Below, one piece after another: positions 25,817-33,708 of a stretch of DNA of 33,708 bases. The notes under the pieces were generated by a model. It searched no databases and had not been told where the DNA came from. It worked only from the letters and a program-made list of their open reading frames with translations. Both the position numbers and the translations under genes were made by a program. This DNA comes from a virus (taxonomy: Duplodnaviria; Caudoviricetes): IMG/VR virus record IMGVR_UViG_3300025140_000014, positions 1-33,708 of that record, one strand, 5' to 3'. Position 1 is the first letter of the stretch, and the number at the start of each line of letters is the position of its first letter.

Positions 25817-26580
25817 GAGAAATACATTTACATGCCCCGTCCGGATGGCACGATATCACACCGGAGCAACTCCTGTTTGTATCGAAATTGTTCGAAGATC
25901 AACTATCAGAAGCTGAATTTTTGACCAGATGTATGATCACCTTCACTGGTATTGAACCTGTAAAACATGGTTTAGAAACTGGTGATGGTGAATTGCTTTT
26001 TGAATTTCTGGATCCTGCCGGCGAAGTCTTTTCGCTGTCAGCTGACGAAATGAAAAGCCTGCTGGATGAATTGCGTTGGCTGATTGATAGTGTTGGTCTC
26101 TGTCGCCTGCCAGAAAAACTCGGAGGACTATCGCCAGTTGATTCCAGGTTGTTTGGTGTCACACTCGAAGAATACCTGTTGGCTGATCAGCTCTATGCAA
26201 ATTATTCAGCAAGTAAAAGGGTAGATGATCTGAATCAATTGATAGCCGTATTCTACCGGAAGCCTGGTGAAAAATGGAATGAACGCAAATACAAGATGTA
26301 TGTCAATATCCTGCGCTCGGTTCCCAATCACGCGAAAACAGCTGTGTATATCTGGTTCTCTGGATTAAAAAAATGGATCATCGATAAGTATCCCTACATG
26401 TTTGGAGATGGTACCACCGGCGAAACTTCGGCACCATCACCCGATGAGCACATCCTACGGTTGTTTACCTCGCTGAACAATGGTGATGTAACGCGAAATA
26501 AACAGATCCTTCACACACATGTGCATGAGGTATTCTATGAACTGAATCAGAAACTTGAAAATCAGCAAAGTCATGTTTGA
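25813..26580 (+). CDS. Hypothetical virion morphogenesis protein (possible tail chaperone)
   Basis: PSGWHDITPEQL start; position in the late operon. Confidence 0.6.
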   Translation: MREIHLHAPSGWHDITPEQLLFVSKLFEDQLSEAEFLTRCMITFTGIEPVKHGLETGDGELLFEFLDPAGEVFSLSADEMKSLLDELRWLIDSVGLCRLPEKLGGLSPVDSRLFGVTLEEYLLADQLYANYSASKRVDDLNQLIAVFYRKPGEKWNERKYKMYVNILRSVPNHAKTAVYIWFSGLKKWIIDKYPYMFGDGTTGETSAPSPDEHILRLFTSLNNGDVTRNKQILHTHVHEVFYELNQKLENQQSHV

Positions 26581-27019
26581 CGCACTTGAATACGCTAAAA
26601 GCAGAGCTTCACAATTGCCCGAAATAAAAGCAATATATGCCTGCTCCGGACTGGCCGAAATGGAAGGGATGTTGCAAAACCTTCGCAGCCCGGCAACACC
26701 TGTTCTGGTAGTTGAAGATAGCGCCGATGGATATCTTGACCTGGAGAATGGAAACTTTGCAAACGAATACAATACCGTTTACTTTTTCGATAAGGCAAAA
26801 CTGAACGATAGTGCCGATCGGAGACGCGCACAGGAAGTAACCTTTTCCCTGGGAAAGAAATTCTTCAGTCAACTTGGAAAAGATGCCGGCGAATTTGGCG
26901 ATATCGCTTTTGGATTCGACCGGAGCAGGATCGACTTCGCGAAACTCGGACCCATTGGCAACGGATATTATGGCTACTCATTTTCGTTCATCGTGAAAAA
27001 CGAAAACTTTGAAATCTAA
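26573..27019 (+). CDS. Hypothetical protein, possible tail terminator/completion protein
   Basis: 148 aa from MFDALEY; position. Confidence 0.55.
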   Translation: MFDALEYAKSRASQLPEIKAIYACSGLAEMEGMLQNLRSPATPVLVVEDSADGYLDLENGNFANEYNTVYFFDKAKLNDSADRRRAQEVTFSLGKKFFSQLGKDAGEFGDIAFGFDRSRIDFAKLGPIGNGYYGYSFSFIVKNENFEI

Positions 27020-27022
27020 CAG

Positions 27023-27409
27023 ATGGCCGATAATACGAACCTTTCACTCACCGTTGAAGCCTGGGCAAAGATCGTAGTAGAGCGCTGGGAAAATAAGATT
27101 GTCAGACTTCGCATACACAACACTGGTGATCTTTACAAAAGCTTCGCCATCCATGTTTTCACACAGGCAAATGGAGACCCCGATAAGATTGAATTTGCAT
27201 TTAACTACTATGGCAAGTTCAGTGATATGGGAGTCGGAACCGGTGTAACTGCAGGTGAAGCCGGATCGGGAACCAGAAAGAAAAAGCCCTGGTATTCGAA
27301 AGTGTTTTTTGGCCAGGTAAAACAGCTCGGCGTAATCCTGCGAAGTAAATATGAATACAAAGCCCAATTAACAATCATCACAAATATTACCGACGATGGC
27401 ACAAAATGA
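27023..27409 (+). CDS. Hypothetical protein, possible neck/tail completion protein
   Basis: NTGDLYKSF...YGKFSDMGVG...KKKPWYSK pattern. Confidence 0.6.
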   Translation: MADNTNLSLTVEAWAKIVVERWENKIVRLRIHNTGDLYKSFAIHVFTQANGDPDKIEFAFNYYGKFSDMGVGTGVTAGEAGSGTRKKKPWYSKVFFGQVKQLGVILRSKYEYKAQLTIITNITDDGTK

Positions 27410-30400
27410 AACTGCAAGGACAACCGTCTATCTCGATGGCAAACAGGCTGAAGCTGCATTGGGAGCACTGGCAGATAAAGCGAAGGATCTCAGAAAAGAT
27501 CTCAACGACGCACTGGAGGCAGGTGACAATGTGAAATTCAATAAGCTTAGAAATGAATTAAGCCGGGTGGAGTCTGTTCAAAAAAGCGTTACAAAGGAAT
27601 CGTTTGATGTGCAGAGTGTATTAATGAATATCAATAAGGTAAGCTGGAAAGATCTGGAAAAAGCACAGAAGGCGGTGATTGCCCAGATGAAAGGAATGAC
27701 ACGCGGGACTGAAGAGTATGCAGCCAAACAAAAAGACCTGGGACTATTGCGTGCCGAATTGAGTGGGATATCGGGTGTTGCCACTAAGCAAACAGGGATA
27801 TTGGGCAAACTGAGAGATACAGCTGCACAATTATTACCCGCCTTTGGATTGGCAGCTATTGCTTTGGGATTGAAAAACATATTTTCCACGGCTGATCAGT
27901 CGTATGTAAAATTCGAAGAGCGCGTTGATAATCTTTCTGCATTAACCGGGTTGGAAGGCGAACAACTTGATTGGCTTAGCAAAAAAGCAAAAGAAACTTC
28001 AGTTTCAACGGTTGAAGGTAATGTTCGCATCACACAATCAGCAGAATCTATCGTGGATGCTTATACAAAGGTTGGTAGTCAGCGACCTGAGTTATTAAAA
28101 GTAAAAGAAGATTTGGCAAGTGTTTCTCAGGAAGCTATTATACTTTCAGCAGCTGCAAAAAGTGAGCTTCAACCTGCTGTTGAAGGTTTAACCATGACAC
28201 TAAATCAGTTCGATATGGCTGCTGATCAAAGCAGACGTATTATCAATGTTTTAGCTGCAGGGTCAATGGTTGGCGCGGGAGAAATACCCTATTTGACCGA
28301 AGCTATGGAGAAATCGGGAACGACAGCGAACCTGATGAAAATTCCGCTTGAGCAATGGGCAGGTGCCATTGAATCCATTGCACCATTTTACAAACAAGCA
28401 TCGGAGGCCGGTAATAGTTTCGATAAGGTTTTGCTCACGATGAAGCAAAAGCAAATTGGTTATGTGAACGGGGTGTTTGATCTGAATACTGCTCTCGATC
28501 AACTTGAAAAAAGATATGCTTCAGGCGAATCTGCAACGGACATTTTCCTGAAAGAGCATTCTAAAATGGGTGAACTATTAGTACTGAACCGAGGCAAAAT
28601 GGATGAATATACCAGGGCAGTTACAGGATCAAACATCGCAATTGAACAGGCAGCAAAAAACACCGACAATGAGGCTGCAAGAAGGGCACAGGCGCAAAAC
28701 GGAATCAATAATCTTTACCTCGAATTTGGTGAAAAAATTGCACCGCTAATCACAAGAGGGATCACATCTGGCACCGAACTGTTGAAAATCGCCATTGAAT
28801 ACAGGGCCATCCTGATACCGCTAACCGCAGCTTTAGCCGCTTATGCTGTTATGGCAAAATTGAAAGTATTCTGGGATGTGGCACAGAAAGGATCTGTTAT
28901 CCTGGCATCGGCAGCGCAGGCGTTGTTTACCGGGAACCTCACCAGGGCAACTGCAGCCATGCGACTGTTTAATACGGTCACGAAGCTAAACCCTTTTATA
29001 TTACTGGCTTCGTTTATTGCATCGGCAGGGATCGCGATGTTTGCCTATACCAAACGTGCGGATGCTGCAGCAGTGGCTCAAAGATCGATCAATGAAATCA
29101 GTGTAACGGCTCAGCAAAACATTGCAAGCGAAAGGGTCGAATTGCAGCAGTTATTGAAAGTAGCACAAAATGAAGCGCTTTCGAAGGTTGCACGTCAGGA
29201 AGCAATGGCCAAAATCAACCTGATATCACCCGAATACCTGGGAGGGTTGACACTCGAAAAGATCAACACTGAGCAGGCCACAACAGCAGTGAAACAGTAT
29301 ATATTAAGCCTTGAGAAAAAAGCGAAGGCACAGGCCAATTTCGACCGAATGGTAGAGATTCAGAAAGAAGAAAGTTCGCTCAATGCCGGAATTGGAGGTG
29401 AACCAGGTGTGGGAACCAAAGTTTGGAATGCTGTATCAAGACCATTCTTATACAACCAATTAAACGCATCCTCAAAACAGAAAAACATAAATGCCAGACT
29501 TGAAGAATTAAGAATAGAAAAGTTATCACTCAATGATGATACTTCCAGTAATTATATACCACCACCGAAACCTTCCGGGGGCAGTGGTGGGAATGGCGGA
29601 AAACCTACTGAAACCCCCGAAGAGAAAAAAGAAAGAGAAAAAAAGGAAAAGGATGCCCTAAAAAAGGAAAAGGACGTCAGAAAGACCGCGCTTGAAGAAT
29701 TAAAAGCTGCCTACGATGATCGTTTAGTGATTATTAAAAATGCTTATCTCAACGAAGGTCTTGCAAAAGAAGAGTATGAAGCAAGAATGGAGATGGCCTC
29801 CTTAGCTCATCTTGAGGCGCAAAAACAATTGTTGATTTTACAAAAACAAGACACAACATCAATTGAACTTGAAATTGCAGATGCCAGAATCAAAATACAA
29901 GCTGATGCTTATACGGTAATTGAAGATCTTGCAAAAAAGTATGATGAGCAAGCAAAAGCACAACAGGAAACTGTTGTAAGTCAAATTGAGGAAACAATTA
30001 AATCAGTAGATGACTTAATCAATGAATTAGATGAAATTAAAAAACAAGAGATCGATATAAATCAGGAACGCGCGAAATCATACCTCGATCTTGCCGGGAG
30101 TGTTGGAGACTCATTTGCAGATACACTAATGTCGCAGGAGCAAGACTTCGGACAGTTCTTGAAAAATACTTTGGTGATGGCACTTGATGCCCTTGAGAAG
30201 ATTCTAATAATGCAAATTACGGAAACAACACTAAAGGCTATTGGAAATGCATGGAATCCTGTTGCGGTAGCCAGCGCTGTAGCTAAAATTGTTCTGATGA
30301 AAGCAGCATTTGGAACCGCAAAAGCAATAATTCTTGGAGGTGGCAAAAAAGGCAAACAATCAGGAGGATATGCAGACAGTGATTCAAACGACTCCACACC

Positions 30401-30764
30401 GGTTGGCGTATATCATGCAAATGAGTTTATTGCTTCAGGGCCTGCAGTGCGGAATCCAACGATCAAACCTGTTCTTGATATTATTGACATTGCCCAGCGG
30501 TCAGGAACAATACGCAGTTTGAATCTGCCGGCAATGCTTGGTCAAGCTGGAAGGCAGTCCGGGGGTTACGCGTCTCCAGCTTCACAATCATCAGGAATCC
30601 CATCATCAGGAATCTCAGGGAGAGATCCGGAATTAATATCTGCTATCAAAGAGTTAAATTATCAACTCAAAGCAGGCATCAAAGCAAGTGTCAACAAATT
30701 CGGTCACGGTGGCATCGACGAATCAATCTCTGATATCAACAAGTTCAACGCATTGACGAAATGA
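27396..30764 (+). CDS. Tail tape measure protein (TP901-type core)
   Basis: 1122 aa, Ala-rich helical; LSALTG, INVLAAGS, hydrophobic segments, GVYHANEFIA C-terminal motif. Confidence 0.92.
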   Translation: MAQNETARTTVYLDGKQAEAALGALADKAKDLRKDLNDALEAGDNVKFNKLRNELSRVESVQKSVTKESFDVQSVLMNINKVSWKDLEKAQKAVIAQMKGMTRGTEEYAAKQKDLGLLRAELSGISGVATKQTGILGKLRDTAAQLLPAFGLAAIALGLKNIFSTADQSYVKFEERVDNLSALTGLEGEQLDWLSKKAKETSVSTVEGNVRITQSAESIVDAYTKVGSQRPELLKVKEDLASVSQEAIILSAAAKSELQPAVEGLTMTLNQFDMAADQSRRIINVLAAGSMVGAGEIPYLTEAMEKSGTTANLMKIPLEQWAGAIESIAPFYKQASEAGNSFDKVLLTMKQKQIGYVNGVFDLNTALDQLEKRYASGESATDIFLKEHSKMGELLVLNRGKMDEYTRAVTGSNIAIEQAAKNTDNEAARRAQAQNGINNLYLEFGEKIAPLITRGITSGTELLKIAIEYRAILIPLTAALAAYAVMAKLKVFWDVAQKGSVILASAAQALFTGNLTRATAAMRLFNTVTKLNPFILLASFIASAGIAMFAYTKRADAAAVAQRSINEISVTAQQNIASERVELQQLLKVAQNEALSKVARQEAMAKINLISPEYLGGLTLEKINTEQATTAVKQYILSLEKKAKAQANFDRMVEIQKEESSLNAGIGGEPGVGTKVWNAVSRPFLYNQLNASSKQKNINARLEELRIEKLSLNDDTSSNYIPPPKPSGGSGGNGGKPTETPEEKKEREKKEKDALKKEKDVRKTALEELKAAYDDRLVIIKNAYLNEGLAKEEYEARMEMASLAHLEAQKQLLILQKQDTTSIELEIADARIKIQADAYTVIEDLAKKYDEQAKAQQETVVSQIEETIKSVDDLINELDEIKKQEIDINQERAKSYLDLAGSVGDSFADTLMSQEQDFGQFLKNTLVMALDALEKILIMQITETTLKAIGNAWNPVAVASAVAKIVLMKAAFGTAKAIILGGGKKGKQSGGYADSDSNDSTPVGVYHANEFIASGPAVRNPTIKPVLDIIDIAQRSGTIRSLNLPAMLGQAGRQSGGYASPASQSSGIPSSGISGRDPELISAIKELNYQLKAGIKASVNKFGHGGIDESISDINKFNALTK

Positions 30765-32530
30765 TAAAACTAACCTTAAACGGACAACCGGTGGCGCTGT
30801 TCCCGGACACAAAGATCGGAGTTACCGCAAACAACCCGTATTTTAATGAAATCGGAGCTTTTTCGTATCCCTTCACAATTCCATATATCCCGAACATGGG
30901 AATTCTTAAACATGCTGCCAGGATACAGAATGTTACCCGAACGTTTATTTGGGATGCTGTTTTGTATGTAGATGGCATACAGATATTAATAGGTGAGGCG
31001 ATTGCTCAAGGAGATGTAATAGATGACGCATTCCCTATTGTACTCCGGAGCGCAAAGACATCGTTCGTAAAACTTGCAGAAACAAAAAAATTGCAAGATC
31101 TTGAATTTGGAATTGAAAATACCGATACACTTACAGCCGAAAATGTAATAGCAAGACGTACCGGTACACTGTATCAGAAGTATGGAGAAAGTGACTATGT
31201 ATGTGCACCATTTTACAACAATAAAGCCTGGACCGATCAGGAAGGCGAATGGGTTATTCCGGATTATATCAATGCATTTGACCCAACTACCAGTTTACTG
31301 GTTGATCTTTCAGACGGTAAAAGCAATACAATTACTTACAATTTCTATGTCCGTTATATTCTGAAACGCATCATTGAGATGCTTGGCTTAACCTTGGAAA
31401 GTGATGATATGTCAACAATCACCGATTTAAATCGTTGGTTCTTATTATCCTTTAATAACGCATGGGGAAAATACAATACAAATTACCAATTTTCCTTTTC
31501 ACAAATTAATGTGCGTGATTTTTTGAAAGTTATACGGCAATTTGGAATAGTGATAGTCACTAATGATCGTCTGCGTACAGCATCAATCAAATTGGTGAGA
31601 GATGTTTTCAGAAATCCGGAAATAAGTACATTATTAAATGGCAATGCATTAAAAGAGATCCCAATCATGTCAATACCAAAAGATGGTTACACGATTGGAT
31701 ATGCGGATTCTACATCCGATTTAATAGTATCGCCAATTGATAAACCGCTGGTTCTGCATACTGTAATTTCTAAAATACTTATAATAGTAACTAATTATGC
31801 TGAGATCCCGGCTGCCAGCAGCATCACAACAGCATATGTGTACCGCACTACTTCAACCGGACGTTACTATGTAACCGTATTACAGCCAAAAGAAAATTCA
31901 GGATCTCCCAACGTGTATAAATGGGAGAACGCAGCAAACTATCAGCCATTAGTAGTTGCCGGTGGTGAAGAAAAGATTAGTATTGATGCTACAGTAGTCG
32001 GACAGCGACAAGAAACACGGACAGTTACGAAATCAATAACCGTTACAGGGCCGGTTACAATTACTAAAACATGGGATATCAATATCGAAATGCCTGAAAT
32101 TAATCAGAAGATGAATAACCTCGTCGATGTTTGGTACAATGGCAGCAAGTATGAAGATACTCCACTCGTATTTTTATTCAATTGGGGAATGAAAGTTTAT
32201 GCGAACGCCGAGGATCCGCGTGTCTCCGTTTTTTATCCGGTGATATCAGGTGATGCATATGGACTTGACGAGGTTGACAAAGGTAGTATCTCTATGCGGA
32301 CATCCGGAGCGAAAAGCATCATTGAACAGTTAGCAAAAGACGAACAGGATTGGATGATCCGACGCAAACCTAAGCGTCAATCCTTCATCTTATCGGTTCT
32401 TGATTACGCAAACTTCAATTGGGGAGAAATTCAGAATATCAGTTCAGTCAACTACCTGGTTAATTCGCTCAAGTTCGATATTGGTAAAAACGGCATATCA
32501 CCCATTGAAGCGGATCTTTACACCGTATAG
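30761..32530 (+). CDS. Tail/baseplate protein
   Basis: Follows the tape measure gene; NPYF...FSYPFTIP N-terminal motif. Confidence 0.7.
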   Translation: MIKLTLNGQPVALFPDTKIGVTANNPYFNEIGAFSYPFTIPYIPNMGILKHAARIQNVTRTFIWDAVLYVDGIQILIGEAIAQGDVIDDAFPIVLRSAKTSFVKLAETKKLQDLEFGIENTDTLTAENVIARRTGTLYQKYGESDYVCAPFYNNKAWTDQEGEWVIPDYINAFDPTTSLLVDLSDGKSNTITYNFYVRYILKRIIEMLGLTLESDDMSTITDLNRWFLLSFNNAWGKYNTNYQFSFSQINVRDFLKVIRQFGIVIVTNDRLRTASIKLVRDVFRNPEISTLLNGNALKEIPIMSIPKDGYTIGYADSTSDLIVSPIDKPLVLHTVISKILIIVTNYAEIPAASSITTAYVYRTTSTGRYYVTVLQPKENSGSPNVYKWENAANYQPLVVAGGEEKISIDATVVGQRQETRTVTKSITVTGPVTITKTWDINIEMPEINQKMNNLVDVWYNGSKYEDTPLVFLFNWGMKVYANAEDPRVSVFYPVISGDAYGLDEVDKGSISMRTSGAKSIIEQLAKDEQDWMIRRKPKRQSFILSVLDYANFNWGEIQNISSVNYLVNSLKFDIGKNGISPIEADLYTV

Positions 32531-32552
32531 CTCTGAATTTTTAAAACATCAC

Positions 32553-32581
32553 AACCCGTTGCCACTCGCAGCGGGTTTTTT
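32553..32581 (+). terminator. Rho-independent terminator
   Basis: AACCCGTTGC-cactc-GCAGCGGGTT followed by TTTT. Confidence 0.75.
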
Positions 32582-32606
32582 CGCCACTACTCCACGTCAC
32601 CTTTAT

Positions 32607-32642
32607 GTCCTTTAATACACTGCCCCATCACGCTACCTTGCA
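32607..32642 (+). promoter_or_regulatory. Putative phage late promoter 3
   Basis: GTCCTTTAA-N18-TACCTTGCA. Confidence 0.65.
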
Positions 32643-32656
32643 GAAAAATCAAATAA

Positions 32657-33708
32657 ATGAGTGTAATTGTTCAACAACCCGATTCACTATCTTTTGCAGG
32701 GAACCTCAAAAAGTTTGTTGTCACCTCCACTGTGGCTGTCGCACTGCAGCTGAACAAGGGAGCTGAACAAATCTTGAATGAAGTCTACCAGCCCGGTGCA
32801 GGCAATATTGTCGAAATCGACCTTCGATTAATCATCGACAAAGTACTGTCGGTTACGTTACCAGGCACAAACCTGATCACTGAACAATCATCCGGCTTTG
32901 CTGATTTCACCGCGACAATTGACGGTACCGCCGTCGCATTCCGCGTGATCAAGGGTGGAGTACTTGAACTTGGATCGATGGCCAACGTTTTTGTAAATGA
33001 GCATTTTCTTACCTGGCAGATCCAGGACAAACAGATACTGCAGCATCAACCCGAATGGCTGACAGTTTATACCAATGCAGCCCGAAACCTGAAGGCAAAA
33101 GCCTACTATCAGGACAATACTGATGCTTCGATGCTGCTTACCGCGCTCGATGCCGGTAAGTTGTTGGCTGTTGATGTGAGCTGGGCTTCGGTCAACTCGC
33201 TATTCGTAAAGAAAAACCCAATTGCATGGGAAGTGTGGTTTGAAGATCTTGCCGGTACCCGGTTAAGTTATGTGCAACGATATTGTCTGAGAAATTCAGA
33301 TGACGAAGAAAAGATATTTATCTGGGCCAATACGATGGGAGGCATTGATTCCGTATCACTCACCGGTAGCGCTGAAGATGATAAAAAGCTGGAGCATTTG
33401 ATTGCTGAAATGGGCGATGAATCCCTGCAGGAATATCAAACCGATAAGAAACGCGAAATCAAACAGTCAACTGGATTCCTGACTGTCGATGAAAGCCGGT
33501 GGATTGAAGACTTTTTCTATTCCGGACGCCGTTACCTGGTTGGCGAAGATGGTGCTGTACGATCAATCGTTTTAGCGAGTTCAAAGATTGTCGGATCAAC
33601 TGCTGACGATCTGTTTGATTATGAATTTAATTACCGATTGGCCTCCGAAAGTCAGTTACTCAATCTTGAAAGATCATTTGAATCATTGCCAGCATTGGAG
33701 GTGCCGGT
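32657..33708 (+). CDS. Large tail-associated protein, truncated by the right window edge (MSVIVQQPDSLSFAGNLKKF...)
   Basis: Manual translation from ATG 32657; no stop seen before the edge; follows the late-promoter motif. Confidence 0.75.
   Translation, partial: MSVIVQQPDSLSFAGNLKKFVVTSTVAVALQLNKGAEQILNEVYQPGAGNIVEIDLRLIIDKVLSVTLPGTNLITEQSSGFADFTATIDGTAVAFRVIKGGVLELGSMANVFVNEHFLTWQIQDKQILQHQPEWLTVYTNAARNLKAKAYYQDNTDASMLLTALDAGKLLAVDVSWASVNSLFVKKNPIAWEVWFEDLAGTRLSYVQRYCLRNSDDEEKIFIWANTMGGIDSVSLTGSAEDDKKLEHLIAEMGDESLQEYQTDKKREIKQSTGFLTVDESRWIEDFFYSGRRYLVGEDGAVRSIVLASSKIVGSTADDLFDYEFNYRLASESQLLNLERSFESLPALEVP

Larger units (their letters stand above)
1..33708. mobile_element. Temperate prophage (siphovirus-like, Bacteroidota host); ends lie outside the window
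   Basis: Contiguous repressor/cro, primase-helicase, protease, capsid, terminase, portal, tape measure and tail genes; no host housekeeping genes. Confidence 0.95.

Noticed and set aside
25813-27409. Programmed tail-chaperone frameshift before the tape measure gene
   Set aside because: No convincing slippery heptamer at a gene end was found, and the genes have their own coupled starts.
29550-29680. Low-complexity PPPKPSGGSGGNGG / EKKEREKKEK stretch
   Set aside because: This is an ordinary linker and coiled coil within a tape measure protein.
1-33708. DGR, retron, integrase/transposase, tRNA or lysis cassette
   Set aside because: No reverse transcriptase, recombinase, cloverleaf, holin or endolysin was recognised; they may lie outside the window.

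Overview
This window is the interior of a temperate, siphovirus-like prophage of a Bacteroidota host, judged from TAnnTTTG-type promoters and A-rich translation starts without Shine-Dalgarno sequences. From left to right it holds: a CI/Cro-like immunity switch; a LuxR-type regulator; about 18 small early genes; a 998-aa TOPRIM primase-helicase; a 620-bp non-coding region with a highly structured GC-rich element and 11 GTTACA/TGTAAC repeats (candidate origin); S49 prohead protease, major capsid, tail-tube-like and terminase genes; a 4-kb accessory island (lipoprotein, HicAB, RHH regulator, KilA-N, small genes); and portal, connector, tape-measure and tail genes running off the right edge. No integrase, transposase or lysis genes are in the window. 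The most unusual observation is an array of about six short palindromes (21147-21304) beside the hicA promoter. These look like sequence variants of a 28-bp perfect palindrome inside the neighbouring KilA-N gene, and three share its codon phase. Family assignments are by motif recognition by eye; no database searches were run.
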